Assembly: GCA_030699125.1 (NCBI GenBank)
Contig: JAUYKM010000009.1
Span: 6,358-70,357 of the forward strand
DNA from: Candidatus Daviesbacteria bacterium
GTDB taxonomy: Bacteria; Patescibacteriota; Microgenomatia; Daviesbacterales; UBA10151
DNA length: 64,000 nucleotides
Reading direction: 5' to 3'
Shown: piece after piece, positions 18,534-28,414 of the stretch
Layout of the letters: every line of letters starts with the position of its first letter
Position numbering within the stretch: the stretch's first letter is position 1
Program-made: the position numbers and the translations under genes
The notes under the pieces: generated by a model
Seen by the model: the letters and a program-made list of their open reading frames with translations, nothing else
The model's database searches: none
What the model was told of the DNA's origin: nothing

Positions 18534-19202
18534 ATGGAGACAAATTTTAAGATTCTAATTTTATTCTATTCATTTACAGGGAATACTGCCAAACTTGCCA
18601 AATATATAGCTGAGGGAGCAAAAGAAATTGATGGGGCGGAAGTTGTTATTAAACAGGTGCCGGAACTCGTGCCAAGTGAAGTGATTGAAAAAAATCCTGA
18701 TCTAAAAAAAGCCAGAGAATCTTTTGCCGATATTCCTATTGCTGAATTGGATGATTTAATTTCAGCTGATGGGGTGGCTTTTGGCACACCAGTTCATTTT
18801 GGCTCTTTTGCATCGCAACTTAAACAATTTATAGACCAACTTTCTCCCATTTTTGTTAAAGGTACCGTGGTAGGTAAACCTGCTGCTTTTTTTACATCTG
18901 CCGGCAGTATGCATGGAGGAGAAGAAGCAGCATTACTTTCTTTAATGATCCCGCTTCTTAATTTAGGAATGTTGCCGATTGGTGTACCTTATCCTATTCA
19001 GGGTGAGGGGTCGGACTTTGATGCAGGTTCTCCATATGGAGCAATTTATGTATCAGGACATAAAGGTGAGAAGGAGATTTCAGAGGCAGATAAAAAAATT
19101 GCCAGAATTTTAGGTAAAAGGTTATCTGCCATGTCAAAGGTGATTAAATATGGTTGTGTCTCTTTCCCCGAATGCCAGATTTTATCCACTAAATACGATT
19201 AA
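18534..19202 (+). CDS. Flavodoxin-like NAD(P)H:quinone oxidoreductase (WrbA family)
   Basis: KILILFYSFTGNTAKLA flavodoxin signature. 222 aa. Confidence 0.7.
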   Translation: METNFKILILFYSFTGNTAKLAKYIAEGAKEIDGAEVVIKQVPELVPSEVIEKNPDLKKARESFADIPIAELDDLISADGVAFGTPVHFGSFASQLKQFIDQLSPIFVKGTVVGKPAAFFTSAGSMHGGEEAALLSLMIPLLNLGMLPIGVPYPIQGEGSDFDAGSPYGAIYVSGHKGEKEISEADKKIARILGKRLSAMSKVIKYGCVSFPECQILSTKYD

Positions 19203-19230
19203 GGAAAAATTAACTTTCCTAATAACCCAT

Positions 19231-19258
19231 TTGACAAATTCCCCCAGGGGGATATAAT
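19231..19258 (+). promoter_or_regulatory. Sigma70 promoter (TTGACA-16-TATAAT) with an embedded GC palindrome TCCCCCAGGGGGA, a CsoR-type operator candidate
   Basis: Perfect -35 and -10 hexamers. The 13-bp palindrome fills the spacer. ATG at 19270 gives a near-leaderless transcript. Near-identical architecture at 20732..20760. Confidence 0.55.
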
Positions 19259-19269
19259 CCCTTCAGATT

Positions 19270-20022
19270 ATGTCGTTAGTCTTAACTGAGTTTGAACACT
19301 CTCGAGTTATTCTTCCTGTTATTCATCCTCAATCAGTGGATCATGCGGCTGAAAATATAGAAGTTGCACAAAAATCTGGCAGTGATGGTATATTTTTATT
19401 TTGTGGGAATGGTAGTACGGAGCAGTCACTGGAAGATTTTTTGGCCGTATATGCAAAGATCCACAGGCAATATCCAGGTTATTTTATAGGTGTTAATTTA
19501 CTTGATTGGCCAGTAAGATGGAACGATCAAAATCCAGCGTCAAGTTTGCCTGCTTTGAGTGATTTTTTCAGTAGGCTACTCTATTTAAGGGTACCAGCCG
19601 TTTTCGTTGAAAATTCTAAATTTATAGAAAATAGTATAGAACAACCCTATATAGAGGTGATAAATCAAGCTCGTCAATACTCAGGCGTCCTGTTGTTTGG
19701 AGGAGTTGCTTTCCATGACCCAGGAACTCATGGATATAATCTTGCTTCAGTTAATGCAAAACATTCAATGGATGTAGTAATGACAGGTGGAGTTGAGAGA
19801 GGAACTCCGCCGACTCTGAGTAAGATGTATTCTCTAAGCGAACCGCTTGGTGATCATCCACTGGGGATATCAAGCGGCATATCACCTCTTAATATCTTAG
19901 ATTATCCAATGGCTAAATTTTTTTCGGCTAATACTCATATAGTAACTCCCGGTACAGAAGATCTTAATCCACACTTGCTGGGTACGATGGTGGGATTAGT
20001 TCGAAAATATCTGGATCGTTAA
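19270..20022 (+). CDS. Hypothetical TIM-barrel-like protein, weak BtpA/SgcQ-family resemblance
   Basis: Only loose pattern similarity (ILPVIH, GSDGIF, YFIGVNLL). Sits under the operator-containing promoter. Confidence 0.3.
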   Translation: MSLVLTEFEHSRVILPVIHPQSVDHAAENIEVAQKSGSDGIFLFCGNGSTEQSLEDFLAVYAKIHRQYPGYFIGVNLLDWPVRWNDQNPASSLPALSDFFSRLLYLRVPAVFVENSKFIENSIEQPYIEVINQARQYSGVLLFGGVAFHDPGTHGYNLASVNAKHSMDVVMTGGVERGTPPTLSKMYSLSEPLGDHPLGISSGISPLNILDYPMAKFFSANTHIVTPGTEDLNPHLLGTMVGLVRKYLDR

Positions 20023-20039
20023 TTTAACCAAGCTACGCC

Positions 20040-20678
20040 TTATTTTTTACTTGGAAAAAACGCTACAATAAGTCTTAGTAAAACCACAAGCGCCGTAAAA
20101 CCAAAGGTAATTTGTCCAACTATTCTTTTGATAACTAAAACTCCATTTTGTGATTCAACTAAGTAAAAATGTAAAACTGCCAAAATTAATGCCAAATATG
20201 CTGTTGATTGGATAATCTTCCAAATCTTTGGACTTAAAGAATTCAAAGCCAGCTTGTTAGAGGTTAAAGTAACTGCCAAAAGTATTACTAAAGAAGCCAG
20301 TCCAGCCAGTAAGCCAAAATATTTGGGACTGGTTGGATCAAATAATTTGGCTAAGTCATAATTAACATAGAAAATATAAATTAGTATGGTATGAGCTAGG
20401 GCAATAAAAAAGCTTAAGATCCCCCAAAATTTGCGGTTGGCTTTTAAAGCATTTAGGGCAGGAAAAAATCTGCTGGCAGGCCCAATAAGTAATGTGAGAG
20501 ACAAAAGAGCAATCGCCAAAAGTCCAGTGGTTTTCACCATTTCCTTTGGATTGAACTGGCCAAAGTTATAAAATTGGAAATACAGCCAGAAAAGAAGAAA
20601 CGGTACCCCGAAATCAATTAATCTTTGAGTCATATTTTTATCTTCAGAGTAATTATAAGGATGAGCTTTATTTTTCAT
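20040..20678 (-). CDS. Ferric-reductase-like (MsrQ/YedZ-type) heme-binding membrane protein
   Basis: Six hydrophobic helices with conserved His in TM (LAHTILIY, LAVLHFYLV). The track ORF extends to 20738, where it would overlap the csoR promoter, so the internal start at 20678 is preferred. Confidence 0.45.
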   Translation of the reverse strand: MKNKAHPYNYSEDKNMTQRLIDFGVPFLLFWLYFQFYNFGQFNPKEMVKTTGLLAIALLSLTLLIGPASRFFPALNALKANRKFWGILSFFIALAHTILIYIFYVNYDLAKLFDPTSPKYFGLLAGLASLVILLAVTLTSNKLALNSLSPKIWKIIQSTAYLALILAVLHFYLVESQNGVLVIKRIVGQITFGFTALVVLLRLIVAFFPSKK

Positions 20679-20731
20679 TTTTATAACTAATCTCAAGGTA
20701 ACATATATGGGCGAATTAATCAAAAACATGC

Positions 20732-20760
20732 TTGACATATCCCCTATGGGGGGATATAAT
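20732..20760 (+). promoter_or_regulatory. Sigma70 promoter (TTGACA-17-TATAAT) with an embedded palindrome ATATCCCCTATGGGGGGATAT, a CsoR operator candidate, leaderless csoR
   Basis: Perfect hexamers. The GC palindrome sits in the spacer. csoR ATG at 20770 is about 9 nt after the -10. Confidence 0.6.
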
Positions 20761-20769
20761 GTATTGGTT

Positions 20770-21039
20770 ATGTATAGACCAAAAAATACACAAGAACGAA
20801 TTACTCATCGGTTACAGATTGCCCAGGGACATCTTAAAAAGGTTCTTAATATGGTGGAAAACGGGGAATATTGTATTGATGTAATCCATCAATCCCAGGC
20901 AGTCCAGGCAGCTTTGAAGGAGGCAGATTCTTTGGTTTTGGAAAACCACCTGAAAGGTTGTGTGGTTGACCATATTAAAAAAGGTGAATCAGATGCGTCT
21001 ATTGCAGAAATCATGAATGTTTTTAAGAAAAACAAATAA
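20770..21039 (+). CDS. csoR: CsoR/RcnR-family metal-sensing transcriptional repressor
   Basis: RLQIAQGHLKKVLNMVENGEYCIDVIHQSQAVQAALKEA...HLKGCV matches the DUF156 CsoR helix bundle, with the Cys-His-Cys ligand positions present. Confidence 0.75.
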   Translation: MYRPKNTQERITHRLQIAQGHLKKVLNMVENGEYCIDVIHQSQAVQAALKEADSLVLENHLKGCVVDHIKKGESDASIAEIMNVFKKNK

Positions 21040-21042
21040 TTT

Positions 21043-21543
21043 ATGAGTGACAAAAAAATTATTATTGGCTTTGTGGTCTTAACCCTTTTAATACTGGGGG
21101 GTGGAGTTTATGTGTTAAGCGCCATCTCTACCAGTCCTACTCAAGTTACTTCCTCACAAAACGCCAAAGTATCTTTAGATGAAAAGACTTATGATTGGGG
21201 TGAAATTCCCTATAGTGGTCCGGATGCCACCAAAACATTTATTATTAAAAATACCGGCACTGATGTATTGAAACTTACCAATGTTAAAACTTCCTGTGCC
21301 TGTACTAATGCCAGAGTCACTATTGATGGCGAGGTGAGTCCCAGCTTTGATATGCATACCACCTCTTCCTGGGTAGGTGAAGTTCCTCCAGGTAAAGAGG
21401 CGCAACTGACTGTTATTTTTGACCAGGATTTTCATGGACCCACCGGAGTGGGAGCGGTAGAGCGTTTGATATCAATTGAGACTAATGATGCAGCCAACCC
21501 AAAATTGGAATTTTTATTGAAAGGAACGGTAGTTAAACAATGA
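21043..21543 (+). CDS. DUF1573-like membrane-anchored protein with a CxC motif
   Basis: N-terminal TM and a beta-rich domain with TSCACTNA. Confidence 0.5.
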   Translation: MSDKKIIIGFVVLTLLILGGGVYVLSAISTSPTQVTSSQNAKVSLDEKTYDWGEIPYSGPDATKTFIIKNTGTDVLKLTNVKTSCACTNARVTIDGEVSPSFDMHTTSSWVGEVPPGKEAQLTVIFDQDFHGPTGVGAVERLISIETNDAANPKLEFLLKGTVVKQ

Positions 21544-22472
21544 AGACAAAGAAGATAAAAGGGATTCTATCTAAAGCCGTGCCTTTGTGGATGGTGTTAC
21601 TGGTAGTTTTAAATTCCACCCTGGTGATGGGTGTAGCTCAATATTATCTGATTAAACAGCAACTTCAGAAAGATATCAAAGAACTTTCTAAGAGTCTAGA
21701 TCCTGCTCAAATGGCGGCTGCATTAAAGCAGGAAGTTTTACCCCAGAAAGGTTATATGACTTCTTTAAAATGGAAGGATTTGGGTAAACAATTGGTGGAG
21801 GCCGGGGCAATTGACAAACAAAAGTATGAACAAATCTTTACCTATCAATCAGATGGGGCAGATCATATGAAATATATGGATGGATCTTGGGATGAGAATA
21901 TCATAATCAACGAGGCAAATGGCCGTTTTTTAGTTAATACTTTTTGGGCCTTGGGGTTGGTTAACAAATCCAAGGTGCTGGATGAGGGACCAATGAGGCA
22001 ACAGGGTATGGATACTGCCAATTTAGCCTCCACTGCCGGCTGGACTTTAGGCTCTAAGGGAGCCATGGAGCTTTACTCCTCAGTCTCCATTATTCCCTTG
22101 ACTGATGAACAGCAGGATTTAGTTAAAAGGATTGCCGAAAACGTTTTCCGTCCTTGTTGCGGCAATTCCACTTACTTTCCCGATTGCAATCACGGCATGG
22201 CAGCTTTAGGTTATATTGAACTGGCAGTTTCAAGCGAGCTTTCGGAAAATCAAATTTATAAAGATCTTTTAGCATTTAATTCCTTTTGGTTTCCGCAAAA
22301 TTATGTGGATATGGCTGTTTATTTTGACAAGCAAGGGACTAAATGGAAAGATGTTGATCCAAAACTGGCTTTGTCCTCTGCTTATTCATCATCTCAAGGC
22401 GCGCAAAGAATAAAACAATCCGTTCAATCTGTTCCCGGGGTTGGTGGAAGCACAGGAGGTTGTGGAACATAA
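21540..22472 (+). CDS. Membrane-anchored Cys-rich hypothetical protein
   Basis: N-terminal TM. CCGNSTYFPDCNHG cluster and a C-terminal GGSTGGCGT tail. Overlapping start and stop with its neighbours. Confidence 0.45.
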   Translation: MKTKKIKGILSKAVPLWMVLLVVLNSTLVMGVAQYYLIKQQLQKDIKELSKSLDPAQMAAALKQEVLPQKGYMTSLKWKDLGKQLVEAGAIDKQKYEQIFTYQSDGADHMKYMDGSWDENIIINEANGRFLVNTFWALGLVNKSKVLDEGPMRQQGMDTANLASTAGWTLGSKGAMELYSSVSIIPLTDEQQDLVKRIAENVFRPCCGNSTYFPDCNHGMAALGYIELAVSSELSENQIYKDLLAFNSFWFPQNYVDMAVYFDKQGTKWKDVDPKLALSSAYSSSQGAQRIKQSVQSVPGVGGSTGGCGT

Positions 22473-23309
22473 ATGGAAAATATCTTTTTTCAAACCTCGC
22501 TGATTGCCGCATTTGTGGCAGGGATGGTAGCCTTATTTGCCCCCTGTTGTATTACCTTTTTATTACCCGCGTATCTTGGCAGCGTTTTTAAGGAAAAAGA
22601 AAAAGTGATTTTAATGACTTTAGTTTTCGGTGCGGGAATTTTTGTCACACTTATGCCGGCAGTTTTAGGAGTGGCTTTGATCTCTAAAGCGCTTTTCCGC
22701 TACCATGATTTTATTTATATTCTGGGTGGGGTAGTTATGATTGGAGTTGCCGTAACCACTTTTTTGGGTATAAAGCTGCCAATGCCAAATCTGCCCGGGA
22801 CAAATATCGGGAGCAGGACAGATGTTTTGTCAATTTTTATATTAGGGATTTTTTCCGGTATCACCAGCGCCTGTTGCGCTCCGGTTTTGATCGGGATTTT
22901 AACTTTGACTTTTCTCTCGCCCAGTTTTTTTGGGGCCATTTTGATAGGAGGAATGTATGTTTTAGGTATGGTAATACCGCTTCTGATTATCTCCATTTTC
23001 CTGTCCGGAAAGATGTCAAAAATGGCTCTTTTAAGGAAACCGTTTGCTGATTTAAATTTTTTTGGAAAAACTTATGTAGTGGTAGTAAGTAATCTTGTGG
23101 CCTCAATAGTATTTTTAGTCACAGGTTTGGCGGCCCTGGGGTTGACAGTTTCGGGCAGGCTTTCTGCTGAAAATATGGATATATTCACCAAAACAATTAC
23201 AAACACATTAAATAATGTAAATGGTATTTTTGGCACAAATCCTCTGCTTAATGTTTTGTTCCTGATTACAGTAATCGCTCTTATTTATTGGGCTGCCAAA
23301 AAGCTGTAA
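22473..23309 (+). CDS. DsbD/CcdA-like polytopic thiol-disulfide membrane protein
   Basis: Two intramembrane Cys pairs (FAPCCITF and SACCAPV) across about 8 TM segments. Confidence 0.45.
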   Translation: MENIFFQTSLIAAFVAGMVALFAPCCITFLLPAYLGSVFKEKEKVILMTLVFGAGIFVTLMPAVLGVALISKALFRYHDFIYILGGVVMIGVAVTTFLGIKLPMPNLPGTNIGSRTDVLSIFILGIFSGITSACCAPVLIGILTLTFLSPSFFGAILIGGMYVLGMVIPLLIISIFLSGKMSKMALLRKPFADLNFFGKTYVVVVSNLVASIVFLVTGLAALGLTVSGRLSAENMDIFTKTITNTLNNVNGIFGTNPLLNVLFLITVIALIYWAAKKL

Positions 23310-23333
23310 GATTAAGTTAAGGGGGTGATAAAA

Positions 23334-23480
23334 ATGATGGGTTATGGAAACTGGGGATATGGCTATAGTGGAATGATGGGTGCAGGTTTTGGGATTTTAG
23401 CAACAGTTTTTTGGCTGGTGATTTTAATTGACCTGATTCTTTTGGGCGTTTGGCTTTGGAAGCAGATTCAGAAGAAATAA
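23334..23480 (+). CDS. 48-aa Gly/Trp/Tyr-rich single-TM mini-protein
   Basis: SD GGGGGTGA lies 6 nt upstream. MMGYGNWGYGYSGMMGAGFG followed by one TM. Not in the ORF track. Confidence 0.3.
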   Translation: MMGYGNWGYGYSGMMGAGFGILATVFWLVILIDLILLGVWLWKQIQKK

Positions 23481-23490
23481 TTAAGGTTTT

Positions 23491-23850
23491 ATGAGTATAG
23501 ATAAAGTTTTAGTTATTATTTTTGGGCTTATCGGAGTAATTTTTACCTATTGGTTCTTTTTGATGAAAAAAGAAAAGGAGGTGGAAGCAGTGGGTGAAGT
23601 GGATATTAAAGTAAGCGGTGGATATTCGCCGGAGGTAATCTCCGTACCTTTGGGTAAAACTACCAGGATAAATTTTTTAAGGACTGATCCAACTGACTGT
23701 TTATCAGAGGTGGTTTTGGGTGATTTTAAAATTAAAAGGCAGTTGCCTTTAAATGAGAAAGTAACAGTAGAAATTACCCCGCAAAAGGCGGGGGCGTTTG
23801 GATATTCATGCGCTATGAACATGTATCATGGCAAGATAATTGTTAAATAA
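23491..23850 (+). CDS. Membrane-anchored cupredoxin-like small protein
   Basis: N-terminal TM. C-terminal motif [16 protein letters not shown], which also recurs at the C-terminus of the 26162..27181 ORF. Confidence 0.5.
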   Translation: MSIDKVLVIIFGLIGVIFTYWFFLMKKEKEVEAVGEVDIKVSGGYSPEVISVPLGKTTRINFLRTDPTDCLSEVVLGDFKIKRQLPLNEKVTVEITPQKAGAFGYSCAMNMYHGKIIVK

Positions 23851-23867
23851 GCAGAGCTTGCGATGCT

Positions 23868-26165
23868 TTGCATCTAAATATGGCAGAAATAAAGAAAACA
23901 TTTCCCATAAAGGGTATGTACTGTGCATCATGTGTACGGGTTTTGGAGAAATCCTTAAGTAGAGTTGAGGGTATTTCTAATTGTGTAGTAAATCTGACAA
24001 CAGAGACAGCAAGTGTTACATATGATCCAAAAAAAGTGACAGATAATGATTTGGTATCTGCTGTGGCGAATGTTGGCTACAAAGCAGGGTTGGAGAGTGA
24101 GTTAAAAACAGAAGATCAGCAAAAAATAGAGAAGGAAAAAGAACTAAAAGATTTACGAAATAAAGTTATTATCAGTTTATTTTTGGGGGCATTAATTCTT
24201 TGGGGAAGCTTTCCGGGTCTTATGAATATTGCCCCACTTTTTTTAATAAACTCATGGGTACAACTGCTTTTAGCGATACCGGTTCAATTTTGGGCAGGCT
24301 GGGAATTTTACAGGGCTACAATTCCTGCCCTGCGACACAGAACTGCCAATATGGACACACTGGTGGCCATAGGTACTACCGTTGCTTTTTCCTATTCCGC
24401 TGTCGTGACTATTTTTCCTCAACTGGTGGAAAGTATTGGAGTAAAACCAGAGCCCTACTTTGATGTTTCCACTATTATTATCGGATTAATTTTACTAGGA
24501 AGATATTTTGAAGCCAAAGCTAAAGCAGGTACTTCAGAGGCTATTAAAAAGTTAATAGGTCTGCAGGCTAAAACTGCCAGGGTGGTAAGGAATGGCTCGG
24601 AAGTAGATATCCCGATAGATCAGGTAGTGATTGGAGATACTATCAGGGTCAGGCCAGGTGAAAAAATTTCGGTTGACGGAGAAATTTTAGAGGGTCAGTC
24701 ATCTATTGATGAGTCCATGGTAACAGGAGAAAGTATCCCGGTTGATAAGGTTAAAGGCGATTTGGTAATTGGTGCCACTATCAACAAAACAGGAACCTTT
24801 TTATATAAAGCCACCAAAGTGGGAGCAGATACAATGCTTTCACAAATTATTAAATTGGTACAAGAGGCTCAAGCCAGCAAAGCCCCGATACAAAGATTGG
24901 CTGATTTAATTTCTTCATATTTTGTACCGGTAGTTTTAATTTTGGCCATTGCTACATTTGTAGTTTGGTATGTAATTGGTCCTGCCCCTTCATTTTTGTA
25001 TGGTTTGCTTAATATGGTGGCTGTTTTAATAATTGCCTGTCCTTGTGCCATGGGCTTGGCAACTCCAACAGCTATTATGGTGGGTACAGGAATTGGGGCG
25101 AACAAAGGAATATTGATTAAGGATGCTCAAAGTTTGGAAACTGCTCATAAAATAAACACTGTTATTTTTGATAAAACAGGGACATTAACTAAGGGAAAGC
25201 CGGAGGTGACCGACGTTGTTCCATTCGTCATTGCGAGGAGGAACGCGACGAAGCAATCTTCCAAATCAAGATTGCCACGCGAACTAAAGTTCGCTCGCAA
25301 TGATGTTTTGGTATTAGCAGCATCTTTGGAAAAGGGATCAGAACATTCTTTAGCAGAGGCAATTGTTAATAAAGCCGAGCAAGAAGCACTTAACTTCAGC
25401 AAAGTCGAAGCATTTAAAGCCATTCCAGGGCATGGGGTAGAAGGTATTGTTGATGGGAGAAAAGTGGTTCTGGGAAATAGAAAGTTGCTGGAAAAGAATG
25501 ATGTTGACTTTACTCCGATTATTCGAATAATTGAACAACTGGAAAATGAAGGCAAGACAGTGATGATGTTGACCGTGGATGGGAAATTAGCAGGCCTTAT
25601 TGCTGTGGCTGATACTATTAAAGAGACTGCCAAAGAAGGAGTGGAAGCGCTCTATAAAAAAGGGATAGAGGTAGTTATGATTACCGGAGACAACCAGAGA
25701 ACTGCCAATGCTATTGCTAAAAAGCTGGGTATAAAAAGAGTTTTGGCAGAAGTTTTGCCTGATCAAAAAGAGGCGGAAGTAAAAAAGATTCAGACAGAAG
25801 GAAAGAAAGTAGCTATGGTGGGAGATGGAATAAATGATGCTCCGGCTTTGGCTGCTGCAGATGTTGGGATTGCCATGGGTACTGGAACTGATGTGGCCAT
25901 AGAGTCGGCAGGAATTACCTTGATAAATAAAGATTTAACATCTGTGGTATCAGCAATAGAGCTTTCCAAAAAAACCATGAGAACAATAAAACTAAACCTT
26001 TTTTGGGCTTTTGGTTATAATATTATATTAATACCGGTTGCTATGGGAGCGCTCTATCCATTTTTCCATATACTTTTAAATCCAATCTTTGCTTCAGTTG
26101 CTATGGCATCCAGTTCTATATCTGTAGTTTCAAATTCACTGCTTTTAAAAAGGGTTAAACTATGA
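23868..26165 (+). CDS. copA: Copper-translocating P1B-type ATPase
   Basis: N-terminal [16 protein letters not shown] motif [18 protein letters not shown] and [10 protein letters not shown]. Carries a 78-bp in-frame GC-rich palindromic insertion at 25227-25304. Confidence 0.9.
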   Translation: MHLNMAEIKKTFPIKGMYCASCVRVLEKSLSRVEGISNCVVNLTTETASVTYDPKKVTDNDLVSAVANVGYKAGLESELKTEDQQKIEKEKELKDLRNKVIISLFLGALILWGSFPGLMNIAPLFLINSWVQLLLAIPVQFWAGWEFYRATIPALRHRTANMDTLVAIGTTVAFSYSAVVTIFPQLVESIGVKPEPYFDVSTIIIGLILLGRYFEAKAKAGTSEAIKKLIGLQAKTARVVRNGSEVDIPIDQVVIGDTIRVRPGEKISVDGEILEGQSSIDESMVTGESIPVDKVKGDLVIGATINKTGTFLYKATKVGADTMLSQIIKLVQEAQASKAPIQRLADLISSYFVPVVLILAIATFVVWYVIGPAPSFLYGLLNMVAVLIIACPCAMGLATPTAIMVGTGIGANKGILIKDAQSLETAHKINTVIFDKTGTLTKGKPEVTDVVPFVIARRNATKQSSKSRLPRELKFARNDVLVLAASLEKGSEHSLAEAIVNKAEQEALNFSKVEAFKAIPGHGVEGIVDGRKVVLGNRKLLEKNDVDFTPIIRIIEQLENEGKTVMMLTVDGKLAGLIAVADTIKETAKEGVEALYKKGIEVVMITGDNQRTANAIAKKLGIKRVLAEVLPDQKEAEVKKIQTEGKKVAMVGDGINDAPALAAADVGIAMGTGTDVAIESAGITLINKDLTSVVSAIELSKKTMRTIKLNLFWAFGYNIILIPVAMGALYPFFHILLNPIFASVAMASSSISVVSNSLLLKRVKL
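25227..25304 (+). repeat. Two inverted copies of palindromic mini-element family A inserted in frame in copA
   Basis: GTCATTGCGAGGAGGAACGCGACGAAGCAATC and, inverted, GATTGCCACGCGAACTAAAGTTCGCTCGCAATGAT. Matches 55996-56028 and 56173-56198. Confidence 0.7.
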
Positions 26166-27181
26166 TTAATTTGTGGCTCATATTTATAACCGGTTTAACT
26201 GTTGGGGGCTTAACTTGTCTGGCAGTGCAGGGAGGACTTTTGGCCTCAATTATTGCGGCCAGGGAAGAAGATGATATCGAACGCGGTAACAGGCGTAAAC
26301 ACACACTCTGGGCAACAATTGCCTTTCTAGTAACTAAGTTGATTGTTTATACTTTTTTAGGTTTTATCCTGGGGGCTTTTGGAGGGGCATTAAATATTTC
26401 TCCCAAAGTCCAGATTGCCATGCAATTTTTAGCAGGACTATATATGGCTTTCATTGCGCTAGATTTGTTAAAAGTCCACCCTATCTTTAGATACGTAGTC
26501 ATCCAGCCCCCCAGATTTTTAACCAGGATAGTAAGGAATCAATCCAGGAGTAAGGATCTTTTTGCCCCGGCCGCTTTAGGTGCTATGACAATTTTTATTC
26601 CTTGTGGTACAACTTTGGCAATGGAGGCTTTGGCAATCTCATCCGGTAATGCAATTTTGGGTGCAGCAGTTATGTTTTTCTTTGTTTTGGGCACTATACC
26701 TGTATTTTTTGGGGTGGGTTTTTTAACCACAATATTGGGTGATAATTTTCAGGGCAGATTTTTAAAAATTGCAGGGCTGACTGTACTTTATTTAGGTGTT
26801 ATCTCAGCAAATGGCGCTTTAGTTGCAGCAGGATCACCTGTTAGCTTGCCATCTATAACAATTGACCTAAGTGGCAATGGTAGATATTCAGCGCAGAACC
26901 AGATTGATATTTCCGTTGCACAAAACCCCCAAATTACTATTACATCTTCCGGCTACAGCCCAAACTATATCAGAGTAAGGCAAGGTAAAACAGTCAACTT
27001 AACGCTTAAAAGTATCAATGCTTTCAGCTGTGCTTTAGCTTTTAGGATTCCCTCTTTGGGCATCAGTAAGAATCTGCAGCCAAATGATGTGCAGCAAATC
27101 AGCTTTGTTCCCACTCAACCAGGCCAAATCCCATTTAGCTGCTCTATGGGGATGTATCGGGGGGTGATTGAGGTAATATGA
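26162..27181 (+). CDS. Polytopic membrane protein fused to a C-terminal cupredoxin-like domain
   Basis: About 6 TM with a conserved Cys in TM1 ([11 protein letters not shown]). The C-terminal soluble domain ends in [12 protein letters not shown]. Confidence 0.45.
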   Translation: MINLWLIFITGLTVGGLTCLAVQGGLLASIIAAREEDDIERGNRRKHTLWATIAFLVTKLIVYTFLGFILGAFGGALNISPKVQIAMQFLAGLYMAFIALDLLKVHPIFRYVVIQPPRFLTRIVRNQSRSKDLFAPAALGAMTIFIPCGTTLAMEALAISSGNAILGAAVMFFFVLGTIPVFFGVGFLTTILGDNFQGRFLKIAGLTVLYLGVISANGALVAAGSPVSLPSITIDLSGNGRYSAQNQIDISVAQNPQITITSSGYSPNYIRVRQGKTVNLTLKSINAFSCALAFRIPSLGISKNLQPNDVQQISFVPTQPGQIPFSCSMGMYRGVIEVI

Positions 27182-27396
27182 GGAAGAGAAAATTCAAAAT
27201 TACGGATATGCACTGTAGCTCTTGTGCTTTAACCATAGATTTGGATTTGGAAGATTTGGAGGGAGTGAAATTTGCCAGGACCAGTTATGCAAAAGGAGAA
27301 ACTGAAATAGAATTTGATTCTGAAAAAATTACTGATCAAGTTATTTCAGAAACTATCAAAAAATCAGGCTATTCTGCAATTCCTCTTGAAACTTAA
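27178..27396 (+). CDS. copZ: Heavy-metal-associated (HMA) copper chaperone
   Basis: 72 aa with a ferredoxin-like HMA fold. Metal-binding loop MHCSSC. Confidence 0.75.
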   Translation: MRKRKFKITDMHCSSCALTIDLDLEDLEGVKFARTSYAKGETEIEFDSEKITDQVISETIKKSGYSAIPLET

Positions 27397-27424
27397 TAGT
27401 AAAATAGCCGATACTTAAATAGTT

Positions 27425-28414
27425 ATGTCTTTTGATTTAATTTCCATTGGTGACACAGTAGTTGATACATTTATTCCATTAGAGGATGCCAAAGTTTTAA
27501 GTGATGATGGACAGCGGATGTTGGCAATGCGTTATGGGGATAAAATTCCAGTAGGACCCTCCACATCTTTGGTAGCAGGAAATGCTGCTAATAATGCAGT
27601 TGGAGGGGCCAGATTAAATCTTAAAACTGCCATCTATACTCATGTGGGTGATAAAGATGATGAAGAATATGATCAAAGAATTGTTTTAAAATTTAAACAA
27701 GAAAAGATCGAAACCAAATATATTACCCATGATAAAAATTTACCTTCTAATCATCACATAGTTTTAAATTTTAAAGGGGAGAGAACCATTTTAATTTATC
27801 ATCAACCTTGGCAATACTCTCTGCCGGATTTTGATTCGGCCAAAAGAGTTTATTTTACTTCCCTAGGTCCAACATTTACTAAATCAAATATTGTAGGGGA
27901 GCTAATAAATTACTTGGAAAGAACTGGAGCCAAACTTCACTACAATCCGGGTACGTTTCAAATTAAAGCAGTGGTAAAAAAATATCCCAGGCTTCTTTTT
28001 TTAACAGAAGTATTTATTGTAAATGCGGAGGAGGCAAAAATAATTTTAGGATTTGATGAATCTGCCAAAATTGATATTAAAAAATTACTAAAAGGGTTGT
28101 TGGGATTAGGTCCCAAAAGAGTAGTTATTACAGATGGGGGAGAAGGGTCATATGGGTATGAAGGAGAACAGTATTATCATTTGGAAGTTTTTCCAGCTAA
28201 ACTTTTAGAAATGACAGGGGCAGGGGACGCTTATGCCACAGGAGTTTTAGCTGGATTTTTTTATGGAAAAGATTTAGTTGAGGCGATGAGATGGGGAGCA
28301 GCCAATGGAGCCTCAGTGGTGGAACAAATCGGTCCCCAGGCAGGATTGTTAACCTATGAGGGTATGCAGGAAAAACTAAAAGAAAATTCTCAAATTGTGG
28401 CAAAAGAAATTTAG
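27425..28414 (+). CDS. PfkB-family carbohydrate/nucleoside kinase
   Basis: GG dipeptide region and a C-terminal GAGDAYATGVLAG anion-hole motif. Confidence 0.75.
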   Translation: MSFDLISIGDTVVDTFIPLEDAKVLSDDGQRMLAMRYGDKIPVGPSTSLVAGNAANNAVGGARLNLKTAIYTHVGDKDDEEYDQRIVLKFKQEKIETKYITHDKNLPSNHHIVLNFKGERTILIYHQPWQYSLPDFDSAKRVYFTSLGPTFTKSNIVGELINYLERTGAKLHYNPGTFQIKAVVKKYPRLLFLTEVFIVNAEEAKIILGFDESAKIDIKKLLKGLLGLGPKRVVITDGGEGSYGYEGEQYYHLEVFPAKLLEMTGAGDAYATGVLAGFFYGKDLVEAMRWGAANGASVVEQIGPQAGLLTYEGMQEKLKENSQIVAKEI

